Assembly: GCA_965153455.1 (NCBI GenBank)
Contig: OZ234494.1
Location: forward strand, 10,292,001 to 10,356,000
DNA length: 64,000 nt
Reading direction: 5' to 3'
DNA from: Sphagnum compactum
Lineage: Eukaryota
Shown piece by piece: positions 12,900 to 27,599 of this stretch. How positions within the stretch are numbered: position 1 is the stretch's first letter; each line of letters opens with the position of its first letter. A program made the translations under genes and the position numbers. A model generated the notes under the pieces. It searched no databases. It was not told where the DNA came from and saw only the letters and a program-made list of their open reading frames with translations.

Positions 12900-13121
12900 T
12901 GGGTAGAAAATTTGACCAGTCAAATGGTCCACTATCCAGTAGTCAAAATGATTAATCAAATAGTCCAATAATTTGCTAATAAAAAAAACCACCCCTGGTC
13001 ATGTAGGACATGGCCAAAACAACTTGTCCAGATTGACGGGATGGTTTTTTTTAACATTTGTCCAAATTCAGTCCTTTCTGACTAGATTTTTTAATCAAAA
13101 TAACTTGTTTTTGTAGTAGTG
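12900..13121. mobile_element. Possible CACTA (En/Spm) element terminus
   Basis: The end reads CACTACTACAAAAACAAG on the minus strand, with short subterminal gtcaaa/tgac repeats; no partner end found. Confidence 0.35.
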
Positions 13122-16100
13122 ATTTCATTAATGAACTAATTTAAATTCTACTATATGACAAAACTAAAATATTGGGTGAAGACAATAGAATATAAGGCTC
13201 TATTCATCAAACTCAAATTCAACAAAACCAAGGGAATTTTTAAAAAAAAGGTAGAACCAAATTTAGGTAAGTTGCAACTTTCACAACAATTCAAACTAGT
13301 GGATGGGTGAAAGCAAACTTAATGACCTTATATGGATGTCACCCTAAGAGGGAAATCACTTTCATTTTATTCCAAACAACATGCAAAAAAATCTATGAGA
13401 TGCAACTTATTGAAATAAAATATAACTTATAATTTAGCTAAATGTAAATAAGATGCCTATAATTCATCCTAAGAATATATTAAAATATACCTAAAATATA
13501 CAAGGAATGATCTTCCCAAAAACATAACATTGGCAAGCTTTCATATATCTTTTATACTTTTAATAAAATAATTATCTTTTCATTGAAATATCAAAAACAA
13601 GATTCACTTATGTAAAACTAAAAGCATTAAAATTTTTATGCAAAAATCAAATCAAAATTGTGGATGCACAATAAACAAAAGGGACTTTTGAATTTTGACA
13701 ACAATTTTGGTCACATCTACAAAACTCATGAATATGAATTTGTATTTTATGATGTATTAGTGCCATGTATTTGAAACTCCGGGTTATTGTATGAGTGATG
13801 TTTAAGAACTAAAAATGCATTGAATGGGCAGAATGGTTAAATTTATTACATTGTGAACTTTTCAAAGTCTGAAAAATTACAATTATTTTTAAAAACAATT
13901 TACTTGCATAAAAATGATTTTTTCTTGAACAATTTGTTGAATTTTTAAAAAAAATTCTTATAACATCATGAATTGAAATTGAAAAATAATTAATATTAAT
14001 ACTATTTGAACATTGATATTTTAAACCAATCTTCAACTAGATTAGATATGCTCTTAAATTGGACTTTGATTCACCAAGAATGAAACAACATCAAACAATT
14101 GAAAAAAATGTGCACATCACATATATTCATGTTACATGAATATGGTTTTGGTCAAGTTCAATTAATAGGACTATTTTTAATTTTCAACCTACTTGTTAAT
14201 AGACAACATTCTTTAGCTAATATTTGAATCACCTATTGTGTGAGAATCAAAATGTGAGGAATGATTGGCATATGATTCCAATTGTAATTTAAAACTTCAT
14301 CACCTTGTTCAACATGTAGCATAATCAATAATAAAATTATTGGCTGGTGAACCTTTGTTTCTCCTCTTAGAAGGATACCAACTGCTTACCTATGCCCATT
14401 TACCTATGAGACATGAATACAACGAAACAATTTTTTTGTCAACACACATTATTCATGATACATGGTGCGATGGTGGGTGTTGGTTCATTCCAATATTGGG
14501 TAAGTAAATCTATTATCCTATATATTCATGGACATATAATAAGATAAAAAAATACCTTACATGATTAGTAAAAACAATTTGGTTATCTTTTTTTTATCCT
14601 ATTTGATTCAGAAATGTTTCAAACTTACCTTCTCTTTATTTTATTTGGGTAGTTAGTATATATTTGAGGTTTACTTTTATTTGATGGAAGGTAATTGTTT
14701 TCAACATGGTAAATCAAAGGTATATGTCAAGACCATTGTATAGCACATATGAATTTTTATTTTCGTAATGCATTGGTTATGATGGATTTTTTGAATTATA
14801 ATGATGACTAATCATTGAATATATTTGATTTTTATTCATTACATTGATTATTTTTGAAAAAGTCTTACCATACATGCTCTTGGAACTATTTTAGGTTTTA
14901 TACCATTGGTCATTATAAGAATGGTTTGAATACATTTTTGACATTATTGATTGATTTTGTTATTTGTTAAATTTTTCATAGGAAGTTGAAAATTTCACAA
15001 TGCCAATTGCACAAGTAATTATCTTTCTTCACTATGAAATGTGCTATACTTGTGTAAATAACTTTTAATGTTATGTGTACCCACTTATACTTGCATGGTA
15101 TGTATAGGTCAAATGATGAAATATTTATTCTTACCTTATTTTACATATGGGGTGAATGTTCATCATTCACCTTTACCTAAATTGATAATTTTGTGAAACC
15201 TTTATACCATTACTTAGCTTGGAATCTTTTATGAGGCCTATACACATTTCCCAAGTGATATATTTCTTGGCTAGAGTGTCAAACCAGCCCCCATGACTGC
15301 ATGAGTTGGCCATTCTGTCCATAGAATGGGTTGTATTTTTCATTTGCCTCTTTACCCTATGTTGACCAACATTCTATTATAATCAATTTTTTTTGGCTAA
15401 TTTTTCCCAACCCTAACCTCCATACTACCCTCCCACCTAACTGCCCTATTAACCTACATCTTAGCCCTACTTACGAACTAACAACTAATCCCTGACTTAC
15501 CATTTATCTTTTTGGCAAAACATATATTTATTTCAGGCTAAATTCTTGTCTTCTCTTGGTTAAACTTTATATATTTCAAAATCTTCAGTCTATTTATTTT
15601 CTTTTAATTATCACAAAACTCAAAACTATCATTGTACTTTTTCTAAATCATTAACGATGGATATTTTATGTGCAACATTTGGGTATTGCTTGAAACATAA
15701 GAAATCCAGCCATGATTTTATGCTTCAAATGCAAGTGTTGCATATTTTATTTTACTTTTTCTTCTTAAAGTATTTCTCATCAAAATGGCAAAACTATTGC
15801 ATACATTAGACCAATCATGATGTGATGAAATTTGAATGACAATGGACCAAGTTTCTATAATACCTTCATGTTGAGATGGGGCACCTCTTACATAATTGAA
15901 ATGCAAATAACCTAAGTCCTTGCAATTTCCATTTCATTTTTGTTACCAATTATATTTTGGTCATAGAAAGGTTGGAAGATGCAAATATTGCAAATACTTT
16001 CTCATCGACCATCTAAATTATGGCAACTAGAAAATTTGGGAAATTACAATACCCACATTGTCAATATCTAATATAAATGCCCAAATCTAGGTCAACACAA

Positions 16101-17341
16101 TTCTTACACAGTCAATTGCATCAACCTTAGATTATGTAAACATTTGAACTTATGGAACTTTAACCTTCATCTAGAAACTAAATAATTTTGTACAAATGAC
16201 CAAAAAACCTTTATCCTAATTTGTAATTTTGTTTGCATAAACCATAAATTATGTAGACAGTATAACCTAATGGATGCATAAGCTTAAATTTGAAAATTTA
16301 AATAAACTTATGCAAATGAACCCTAAAATGTTGAGTTAAAACCTTTTTATGCAACAAAAAATCCGTACATTGACCTTCAATTAAATAAACACAAAAAGAA
16401 TTGGTTGCATAACTTTAATATTAAAATTTATCAAACTTTTTACAACTAAGTGTTAAACTTAATTTTAGAATTATTTTTGCATAACCCTAAATTGTATACA
16501 AATTACAAAGATTGGATACATAATTGTAATAAAAATATGAAACAATTTTATATAAGTACCAATAAAACTTGTGTTTTAAACCTAATTTGGGGGGGAGGAA
16601 CCCCAACCCTTAATAAAATGTAAACCACACAAGTGGAAAGGTTTATATCATTCATACCTCTACAATAGAATCACTTTCATTCTCCTTTCCTTTAGTAGAT
16701 GAAAGAGAAAAGAAAAATAGGAACCTCCTTATATATGTGTGTATCTGAATACATAAGTTCACTTTAAAAATATTCCATGAAAATAATCTAAATGCTAATA
16801 AAAATGTTACCTTAAACCCACTGTCCCCCTATTTATTTGAAATATATATTAAGCAAAAGTTTAGATGGGGTGAAATCATGATAAAGTATACACAAAAAGT
16901 AGTGTAAGCAACAAAATATTGGGGTCCCTATATAAAAGGACTAACAAGTAGATGATTTTATAAAGATAATATTATTATTTTGGGGTACATTATTTTTAAA
17001 CTTTTATTTGCATGAATTTCAAAAGTTAAATTGTTAGAATCCCCATTACCTTTGTTGCCAATGTAGTGAAGTCATAATGACCATATGGGCATGCTAACAG
17101 GCTAAGCTTTTGGCTCTTTAAAAGCATGTGAATTCTCATTAGATTCTCACACAGATTGTAGAAATGCAATAGGAGCTGCATTTGATGGCATCAAGTTGAA
17201 GTTAGGTGTCAAGGAGTCTGGGAAAACATGAAGGAAGACAAAATCACCATGTAATTCAAGCTTCTAGAGTGTTGCAGAATATTTCTTTCTTGACATCATG
17301 AGTCAAAAGAACCAAGTACATGATCACTACCAGTAAGATTG

Positions 17342-18258
17342 CTACTGATCTCTAACACTGCCAGAAGTGTGCTGGGAGGTCAAGCCAGATCTCATGCTCA
17401 TTTCATTCATGCTGCGTGTCACTTTGTGCTGCTCCAGTGCCCTCTCAAATGTTGTCCTCACATGCTCCCCAATGGCCATCAAGTCATGTAATGCATCTTT
17501 CAACACATCTCTTGCCGGTGCCCCTGTTATCAGATTGCCATTATTGCTATGAGAATTCCAAGAAAATCGCAGCTAGTATAAGAACAAACATAGTGTTTTG
17601 AGAACTGAAATAATTCTTGTCTCTTAGCCCCGTTCATTAGAGCTACCACCTACATGCCCAGGGGCTCAAACATGTGAAGCCCTCGAGTGGGTGCCTCTTA
17701 CCCTAGACAATCACACATTAGCTCAAAGTGAAGTCATGATGCTCACCTGTAGTTTGAACCCGGATGTTGACACGAGCTTCGGATGGGTGAGGCACACTAT
17801 ACCCACAAAAGGAAACTCGAGGACTGCAAGTAGCAACAACACACCCACCTCTTGTTACATACACACGAAGTACAACCTAGTCCATCCATCACCACAAAGC
17901 ATTGAATTGAACTCAAGTTCCGGGGTGCGACCTTCAAACCCTAATCCACAAAATCTGGCGCACCTGTTGTTACTTGCTTTGTTTGTGCTGCAATAAATTT
18001 GCTTGAAAAATTTCCTTGACAGAATGGTTACATAGAAGACTCATCCTCAAGAAGAGAATGTGTAAGAGGTGTACTCCGGAGAAAAAGCACACATGGATTG
18101 CATGCCGCCAAACAAAGGGAGAGATGGAAAGTGAAGCAAGCTTATTCTTTGTTGAGAATATATCGAAGGGAATTGCCCAGGGTGTGATCTTCGTCAGTGA
18201 GGGAGAATGTGGCAGAGCTGGGATCCACTTCAGATCCAATCTCCATCGCTGCAGCCAT
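17342..18258 (-). CDS. RPAC2: DNA-directed RNA polymerase I/III subunit RPAC2 (AC19/RPC19), 3 exons, 123 aa
   Basis: Exons 18258-18146, 17823-17747 and 17523-17342 join in frame: MAAAMEIG..ATFSLTDEDHTLGNSLRYILNKD PRVSFCGYSVPHPSEARVNIRVQTT GAPARDVLKDAL... Intron 1 donor reads ATAAGC. Confidence 0.9.
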
Positions 18259-19517
18259 AGCTTCGTCTCTCGCTCCCTCCCTCTCTCCCTCCGTCCCTCC
18301 CTCTCTTTTGCCTTTCAGCCCTGAGAAAAACAGTGCAGAAACCCTAAGACGATTCCACTACGAGCTTGATGATTCTGATATAGAATTTACTTGTTATTCC
18401 TTGCCTCCACATGATATAACATATATCCGGCGGGTATATCTGGGTAAAACTGCATCCGCTCTACCCACCCTAGTGCGCAACACCAATTTGCACACGTCCG
18501 GGAGGGATTTTTGTTCTTTTTTTTCCCGTTGTTCCCAATGTGTTCCCTTGTTAAATTAATTATGAATTTTAAATAATAAATTTAAGTTAATTTTCATGGG
18601 GTACTACTAATGAAATCTTACTACCCCATATATACTACTACCCTATACGTAAATCCCTGCGGGGCAGGTCTTACTGAAATCAGGCATGCCCTCAACTCCC
18701 ACCGGGGAGGGCCTTACCTTACACAAAATTTCAGTATGTAAACAGTAAGATCCAATATTAATTATTTGAACAAATGAATCACAAACCACAATTACAACAA
18801 ATTACTTCACAGACGAAACATACTGATCCACCCTGATTTTTCCTTTTGAAGTGTAGTAATTTACAGAACCTGCAATGGAGCTGAAGATTAGGTTGAGGAT
18901 TCTTCTTCTTCCCTGCAAAGCTGCTGTTGTTCTTACATATTGCATTGATATCCGCACATTAATCAAGCTAGCAGGATCTGTTTGCTTGCGCAATGGGTTC
19001 CAAAATCCAGACAACAATCTCCCACTAGGCTACCACTTACTTTCTGGAACAAATCACCCTCACGCAGCTGAGAATTCAAACTTCCACTTAACAGGTTCCA
19101 AATTTGGGCTTCTATGACATCGCAGCAGCCACAAACACATGGACAGCCGCTGCTCCTTACGTACCCTCTGTGCACTCTTGGCAGCGAAAGCCTCAAAACC
19201 TGCATGGGAGCTTTTTAAACTTTTCTTGCCGCCACATATAAATCTTCTAGTCATGCACATACCCTCTCCCTCTGTTGTGGCCCTATTAAACCCAAGACGT
19301 GTTAGATCTAATAATAAGAAGAAGAAAAACCCTGTAAGTAAAAACCAAGGATGGCAACGCATCCATCAAAAGCACAAGGGAAATGAGAACACAAGTAGAC
19401 ACAACCCAAAGAAAACTTGGACGTAGAGAGTCAAGACCCTGCTTTAGTCTAAACATAATGGGATATTTGTAATATTTATAAGCAATTTAAATGACATTTG
19501 GGGCTTTTTGTTTTTAC

Positions 19518-20049
19518 CAGTGTTGTCTGGTTCTTGACTTTACAAAGAACCTTCGATTCTGGTTCCAAAAAATAAATTAGAACAAGTTATGGTTCCAGTT
19601 CTCCCCACCGCCCCCCCTCCCCCCTCTCCACCAAAAAAAATAAAATCTTAGGTTCCAATTCTAGGTTTGTTAGAAAAGAAAATTTTGGTTGTGGTTCTAG
19701 TTCCGGTTCTGAAAATCAAACCCAATTTTGTTTTTTGTTATGAGTAACCTGGGACGGAATCAGCCATTAACCTCTTGTTAGTTCTTGATTTTAGTCTTTT
19801 TTATTTTAAAAAATAAAAAATATTGGTTCAAGTTCCAATTCTGATTCCAATTTCAGTTTTGGTTTCACACATAAATGGAGTTGAGAATTTGTCTTTGGGT
19901 CTGGTTCTTCAAAAAATTTAAATAAAATTGATTCTGATTCTACAACCGTTCCAAAAATCAGACTTGATTCTAGTTTGATTTTTACTAATTGAAACTGGAA
20001 CTTGTGGTTCTAACTTCTAACCTCCAAACTGGGTACCCGTCAAACATTG
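19518..20049. mobile_element. hAT-family MITE
   Basis: Ends CAGTGTT / AACATTG; 8-bp TSD GTTTTTAC / GTTTTTAG; internal ggttc repeats. Confidence 0.65.
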
Positions 20050-22811
20050 GTTTTTAGTTTTTACCATGGTACCTGTGTAAATGTTAGGTCCCATACCAGA
20101 CGAATACTAGCATGAGGTTGGCATTGCCTCATGTCGGACCCAAATGGTATGTACTTCAATAGCACTACTCATGCCAGTACTATATACCCACGTTGCACCC
20201 AGTATCCTTATCAAATAACCCTTCAAATCTTCAAATGAATTTCGTGAAAATATGACAACAATGTATTGGAAAGGGTCATAAATTATCACAGGCTATGATA
20301 TGATTCATTTTGTTACTCATATGACAATATCGTTAGTGAAGTTCTCTTGTAGATTATGAGAATATAATAATTTCAAAATTTTGAAAGATTCTAGAAAAAT
20401 TTATTGTTCATTTTCTCAATGTGGAAGCTGACCTAGGCTACTACTTCTTCACAAGAAAGTCTACAAAACTAGGGTGATGAGAATCATGTGCACTCAGCCT
20501 CTAGGATCAACATGTTGATCCTGGGTAAGTAATTTTTTTCTTATTAGTCCAATGTTTTTTCTATTGGCAACAAGAAGCGAAATTAAAATTCAAAAATTCA
20601 AAATTGCAGTGAGCTTGGAAGATTTCAATCACCCAAAGTGAGAAAAAAATAGCAAAAATTGCCAGATTTTTATATTTGGTTTTCAATGTGTAACGATAAA
20701 TACAGAAAGTTAATTAAAGATTCGTACATCATATCTAATTTATAGCCAGATTTGGCTACATTAAAAAACCCTTAAATTTTTTTTGATTGCTACGTCCTAA
20801 AATTTGGTTGAGCATCATCATCAAGGCCCCAAATGAAGGGAAGTTACAAGTCTAGGTCAGTTATCAAACAGAAAACTTTTTCTTTTTCTTTTTTAAAAGC
20901 AATTTTGTTTTGTCAATCTTATTATTTTCATTCTATTCACATTAAGCAAAGGTTTCGTATGATTAGGTGTAACCAAAATTCGCACACACACAAACAAATG
21001 GACAGGAGAGTCAAATATAAGTCCCATGCAATCTCTCCCTACACCCTAAACCCTAATCTTTTGACCTAGGTGCAGGGTTGTTTTTTTTTTGTGTGTGTGT
21101 ATTTTTCCTGATCAGCCAGCCTCTTGAGAATTATTGTATGCTCGAGCGATGAGATGTCAGGTTCTGTACTTTTCAAAGATCCATTCCACCCCTCTCCCCC
21201 CACCACCAAAAAATGGGACTCAGGAATCATCAAAAGTTCAACCAAGCTCACATGTGTATCAAGTTCACATGCAGAACCACCACCCCCCTCATGATCATGA
21301 GTATGCTGCCATGTGCACGATGGCCCGTGACATTGGAAAGTGGTGCAACCTGCAATATTGCTGAGTCCTCTACGGCAACAAATCAACCAACTCACTCACT
21401 CTCTCTCTCTCAGTCACTCACTCACTCAACAAAAATGCTCCGCCCATGAACACGATTCTCCTCTCATCAGACTGTTGGAGAGAATCTCCAAAGAGATCCC
21501 AACTGATTTTCACGGACTTATACTTTTCTAGGTAGCCATGGCTTGAGTCACTTCCATTTTTCTACAAAATTGATGTCAGTTCAAAACAAGGGGTGTGTCA
21601 CACTGTGCGCCTTGCCATTTACATTAAAAGGTATCTTAAGGTAAAAGAATAATTAATGAAAACTCAAATATTTCACCATGCAAAAATATAATCTTCAAAA
21701 ACATCCTCTAAAAGAAACCAAAATCCTTTAAGAGATTATAACTCTAGAATAACTAATCTCAAGTTTCAACACAAGCCAAAATATCATCTTTAAAAAATCC
21801 TCATATAAAAATAGACCTATTATTACCTAGGGGCCAAAATTCCTTAAGCTACAATACTCTATAATGAATCTAAACACAATATCCTTGCCTTGGCAGGCAA
21901 GGCCACTACTGTGTTTTTTCAAAAAAATTATTGCTTTGAGTCCTGAGAGGTAAAGTTCATGAACATTTTAGAATATAAATTAGGCAGGCCTTCAAAAAAA
22001 AAATTGAATTTATTTATGAAATAAATAAGCCATTTGCAAATGTAATCAAAGATGTCTATTTCATTTATAAATCATTTTAGATACTTATCAACTGCCTAAA
22101 CAGCCATGTCTATTAAACAAGGATATATATTATTTCATTAATTTCATTTATAATTAGGTAGCAAAATAACACCCTCCAAACACAAGGGGTACCCAAAAGT
22201 TACAAAGTTTGAACACCCCCATCTCCAATTGCCAAGATTTCTTCCATGAGTGATGTGTGTGTAACAAGAATGCTCAGCACAGAATGGAGATCGATGGGAG
22301 GAGTTCAAACTCCAAACAATGGAAATTCAAAGCAAATTTAGCTGAAAGTTTCCTCCACATTGCAGAATGTAAACTCTTTAAAAAAATTTTAAAAGAAATA
22401 AAATTGAAAGATAACAAAGATAAACACTAAACAAGAGCAACGAATTAAATGCAACACTAGTCTTAACATAGTTGCAAGACAATGCCAAGCAAGAAAGAGA
22501 TAAACACTAAACAAAAGCAACAAATTAACACCACACCAATCTCAACACATTGGCAGAACAATGCCAAGCAAGCAAAAGAAATGACTCACTACAGAGAATG
22601 ACTCTGCCCCTGGTGGCAAGTTCAAACCAGAAGAGGTTAAAAGAGGAAGATGATCATGAAGATCCCAAAAAGTGAACTCACAGTTTGCAGTAAGTAAGCA
22701 GCCTAAACACTTGCTGAACATTCCTGAAAATGTGGGACCAAAATTTACATGGTGATCCAGGCTCTTTGCAGGCAGAACCGATAAAAGGGTCGCCACATTT
22801 GTGCTCTGTAC

Positions 22812-24046
22812 TGGTGTTGGGCGGGTATCTACTTTTCTAACATACCAGCTGGTCCTGGTATTGTATCTTCTTCTTTTTTAAAAATCATAATACGAGCCTT
22901 GTGCTTGCTTATGTTGGATCTTTTCTAAAAAGTTCATACAAGCCTGGAGGGTGGTACTGGTATTGGATTATTTTTTCAAATAATTCATATCAGCCTGGTA
23001 CTGGTATTAGATTTTTAAAATAATTCATACTAATGTGGCCTGTGCCGTTTGCCCAAGTGTTACCATGTCCTCAACTGATTTTTCCTTCCAAAACCTGGTT
23101 TTGGGGAATTTATTTGAATTTTCAGTGACAGAAATCGCTTTTAAATCAATATCTCCCACATTCTGAATCCAATTCTTATCAAATAAATTCCATTAAATCC
23201 TGCTCGTCAAGATCCTTCCAAAAACACCAAAGGCACATTTCAATTCCTCTGAAATTTTCAGCTACGATTTAGTTTAATTTAATTTTCAGTGAAGAAATCA
23301 TTCAATATTCAAGAACTTTTGCAGCGCAAGTCCAAACATCATGGGACCAAGCCCATGCACCCCTCCTTGTTGAGAGCTTTCCAAAGACACCAAGAACACA
23401 ATCTGAAGCAGCCCGGTTCGGTGGATCTCATAATTACAAAACAAAACAAACTACCTTTCTTCATAGCTAGATAGATGCCTGATCCTAGTATTAGGATCCA
23501 GTGCTGATGTTTGGTGGTATTAGGCATGTATATATACCAGCATTTGAGTGGTTGTTAGAAACAAAAACAGACCCCAATGGTTATCAGGGCGGTTCTTAGG
23601 ATTCAGAATCACAATTTTCAACGAATCAAAAACCCACTTTTTCATAAAGCCACAGTTCTCAAAATTTTGAAATACCAGATAACCAGTCTGAAAAACCCCT
23701 GGTTCTTTACCGGTTCTTTCATGAAACCCACAGGTTCTTTAAAGTTTTTAAAGTAACCAGGACTGTTGGTTGTTTCATTCTGATATTTTCCAAAGAACAG
23801 GAACTGATGGTTCTCTGATTTTAAAAACCGAAAACTGGTCGGTCTTTGAAATTTCAAAATAACTGCACAACACTAAGTATATACTATATACATCACATTG
23901 AGACTTATAATCGGGATATGAAGATGGTATTACATTAGGCTACTCAAATGAGGCTGATATTGCCTCAGGTTGTGGGGTTAGTACCAATGTAGCCAAACTT
24001 ATATAGGCTATATTGGAGCCTGGTATCCACTATCCACCCAACACTG
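22812..24046. mobile_element. hAT-family non-autonomous element with nested repeats
   Basis: Ends TGGTGTTGGGCGGGTA / TATCCACCCAACACTG; flanks CTCTGTAC / GTCTCTAC (6 of 8 match). Confidence 0.5.
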
Positions 24047-26880
24047 GTCTCTACAATGCGGTGGCAAAAGTTGTAGAAGAGAAGGTTTTTAAAAAATGTG
24101 CAAGAGAATTCTGTTTTTGACAAAAAAGAAGCCAATGTGACTGATATACAAAGGCTTTTTTTTTGGGGGGGGGGGGGGGGGGGGCCACAAAATCATCAGG
24201 TCACGAGGGGAAACCATTTAAAATCATCATATTTAGATAATAGGTTCTAGCATGTCACCAAAATATAGCAGGATTCTTAAACTTTTTTTCTGTGCTCTCT
24301 GACATGAGAAACAAAAATCCAATAAAAACTGATGTGTAGAACCATCACACAGACGACAAAAGGGAAGGCCAAAGAAAGGTCGAATGATGTGTAGGCCTGT
24401 AGGAACCAAAGAAGAGAGAGACCTAGTCCTCCTCATGGTAGGAAGCTATCTCACCCCATGGCCCCTCTAATGTCGTCTTCATGCAAATCATGAGATCTAA
24501 TAGAAATAGGAGATCTAGAACATGTAGCCAGATTTGGCTAAGTTCTCTTGTGGATGATACCAACTCACATATTTGAAAATAAAATACTGGTGTAACACCT
24601 CCACCTACCCACACCTACTTAGTACTCTTCCATCCCCACCCATACTTTTTGGCTGTTTGTCAAGGAAGGTTCGAAGAAAAACCCTAAACTCTAGTCTCAT
24701 GATAAGCATTCACTCCTGGAGAATGTCTTGCTGAAGGAAGACAAAGGACAACCAGAAAGCTGGCCAACAACTAGTAGAATAAGTACTGCAACAGCAAACT
24801 GCAACATAACCCCTTTGTGTCTGGAATCTCTTCATTGGTTTTTCTGAATCCCTCCCTCCTGCAACAATTTCACAACTCCACTTTTGACTCCAAAGTTTCC
24901 AACATTTCTTCAAGACCTGGAACACAACACAGACATCACGCTTGGCAACAGAAAACGTATGCATTCCTCTAATGTCTATCTACAATCCACCCACAAGAAA
25001 AAAACACGGAGACCCCATCACTCGATGACCTGACGTCTCATTGGTTGCATGGAAATCCTATTCCTGAAATTGGCTGCCACTATTTTTGGCCTGTACTAAT
25101 AGCCCTTCAGAAGAACACCCTACCTATCGACCCCATGGTAATGCTTGGCCAAGGCTTGCAGATCTTCGGGTTTTAATGACCCCAATCCTAATAACCTTGG
25201 GAAGCAAGGATTTCATTTGTGAAAAGCCCTCCCTTGAAAGGGGGCCCTCTGCCTATACAGGCAAGCCTTGTTGGTTATGAGGGGTAAATGCCTTGTTTCC
25301 AAGAATTTACCCTACACAAAAAGCCAAGGCAAAAAGGGTGCTCAACACAGTTACCAAAATATTTTCTAGATGTTCAACTGTCAACGAGATTAGCCAATTT
25401 GTGTAGAACAAGCCCAGTGTTTTTCCTTGGGGAGGGGAGAAGGAGGGAGGGAAGGGGGAACTTCAAACCTTTTCCGATTAATGGTTTTTTTGTTTTGTTC
25501 TCCCACATGTTCCTACTAATGTTCCTCGTGGTGTTCCCAGTTTATTGGCTCTACCCATAGGGAAGAGACCAGTGTTGTGCGCAGTTTTGGGTAGATAAAA
25601 AAAATATCATAAGACCAGTTGATTCTGGGTCTTTAAAAATCTTGTTTCCAGATAATTGGCCAGTTTCAGTTTTTTTTAACTTTTTTTTGGGTGAGAACTG
25701 GTACGTTCTGGGGATTTGAGAATCTAGACCTTAGAAGATACAATGAAGCAATGAGCAAGCTCCAAAAACTTGGTCTAGGGAGGAATGAGGAACATCTAAA
25801 CTCTAAACAAAAGGATTTTCAAAGAGGGAAGTCACAAACGTATGAGTTTTTTCACTCAATCTCACCTTCAAACTCTTCATCAAGCTCTTTTATCAAATTT
25901 GATTCTACCATGCATGCACCTACAAGGTCACCTACAACATCAAAATGCTTAAAACACCTAATCCTTGGATCATCTAACCAATTTTTGTTCACAAAAATCA
26001 TCTAGTCTAGGTGGTCAATTTACAACCAACACCTTTGATGTGCAATAAGAACTTTAGCAATGGAAAAAATCCGTTCCATCTCGATTTGGCTTGTTGGGAT
26101 TTGGCTTATTGGAATTCCAAGAACTTGCAATTAAGCCAACAAACTCATTACTAGAAACTTGTTCTCCTCCCCATGCCACCAAAACAATGCACATTGCAAT
26201 TGTCCACATCAACATGGTAGCAACGAAATGCATTAAGCTTTCATGCCACAAGTGTAATCAAAGCTTTTACGCTAGATTCTGTGGTTTGAAACAAATCCTT
26301 GCACTAGGGTATAAGCTTTGCACCTAAACCTCCTCACCAAACATAAATGGCATCAATGCCTTGTAACATTGAATCAACAAAGGCAACAACAAACCCATGT
26401 CTTGGTGATGACAAAGTGCAAAGTGTCCCCAAGAAACCAATGTCCACGGCTTTGTTTAACACATAACCAATCATAATTGATGACAATATTTTTATCATTG
26501 CCTCACATGTAACCCATGTTGTTGGAAATGGAACATGACTCTACAATGGCATTGTTTGTCGATTTAAGATTATAACACAATGCAATCACACTATGTTAAC
26601 ACATCTTATAACAACAAAACATGGCTTGTAAACTTGCAATTAGCCATGGCAATAAATCACAACAACAAAACAAATCATTCATGAATAGAAAGATGGATTT
26701 CCAAGAGCTACAATGACATACCATATTGCTAAACATCAAACCTACAACCTAAAAGGTATTCCCAAGAGCTATAAGTTTTTTAGGAGCCGCCATGACATAC
26801 TTAAATTGTTACATAGTAAAACTTAAGGCCTAAAAGGAAATTCTAAAAGTTACAAGAATTTCAAGAGCTTGAAATAATTG

Positions 26881-27060
26881 AAACCAACCACCATGTAACT
26901 CAATTGGTCATGGAATGCCCAATTCAGCTCAAACCAACCACCATGGAGCTCACATTGATTCAAATCAGCCATGGAAATGCCTAATTCAGCTCAAACCAAC
27001 CACCATGGAGCTCACATTAACTCAAATCAGCCATGGAAATGCCCAATTTAGTTCAAACCA
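26881..27060 (+). repeat. ~62-bp tandem repeat, ~3 copies, inside the hAT element
   Basis: aaaccaaccaccatg recurs at 26881, 26931 and 26993, with a partial copy at 27054. Confidence 0.8.
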
Positions 27061-27599
27061 AGAGGTTGTACAAACCATTTTCAACAAGGTTATAAGCAAG
27101 GCAATCAATCTAGATAAGTGTGTGGCCATGGGTGTTGTTATCCAAGGTAGAATTCTGTGAAGTGATGTTAAGGACATTCTTCAACATGCCTCATCATGCT
27201 TAACATTATTATCCCCACCAAAAATAATCAAGAGTTTTCAATAGCCAATGGGCAATCCCAGCTTGGTGTGAAGTGCAAAGGTATATAAAAAAAAAATGAA
27301 ATGGTAGTTGACAACAAAAATTTTGGGCAATTTGAGGTTGAAGGTATCCCATATCCCCCCATTACCTTGTGGAATTGTTACATTTGACAAAGTTGCCAAT
27401 GGCATTGTAAATGTTTTTGTTTAAAATAAAGCAACCGTGAAAAGATAAATTATCACAATATAATCACCAAAAGGTATGTCACATGTCAGAAGCAAACAAC
27501 TAGAAAATGGTGAGGGATATAAAACATCACCCCCAAACATATCTAAAGCATAAACAAGCAATGGATGCAAAAAATGAGATTGACAACACATTCTACTAG

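Noticed and set aside
17367-18559. Plus-strand ORFs listed in the track
   Set aside because: They are antisense to the RPAC2 exons, introns and promoter and show no recognisable domains.
24164-24184. Poly-G run as a G-quadruplex element
   Set aside because: An isolated homopolymer within repeat-derived DNA, with no supporting context.
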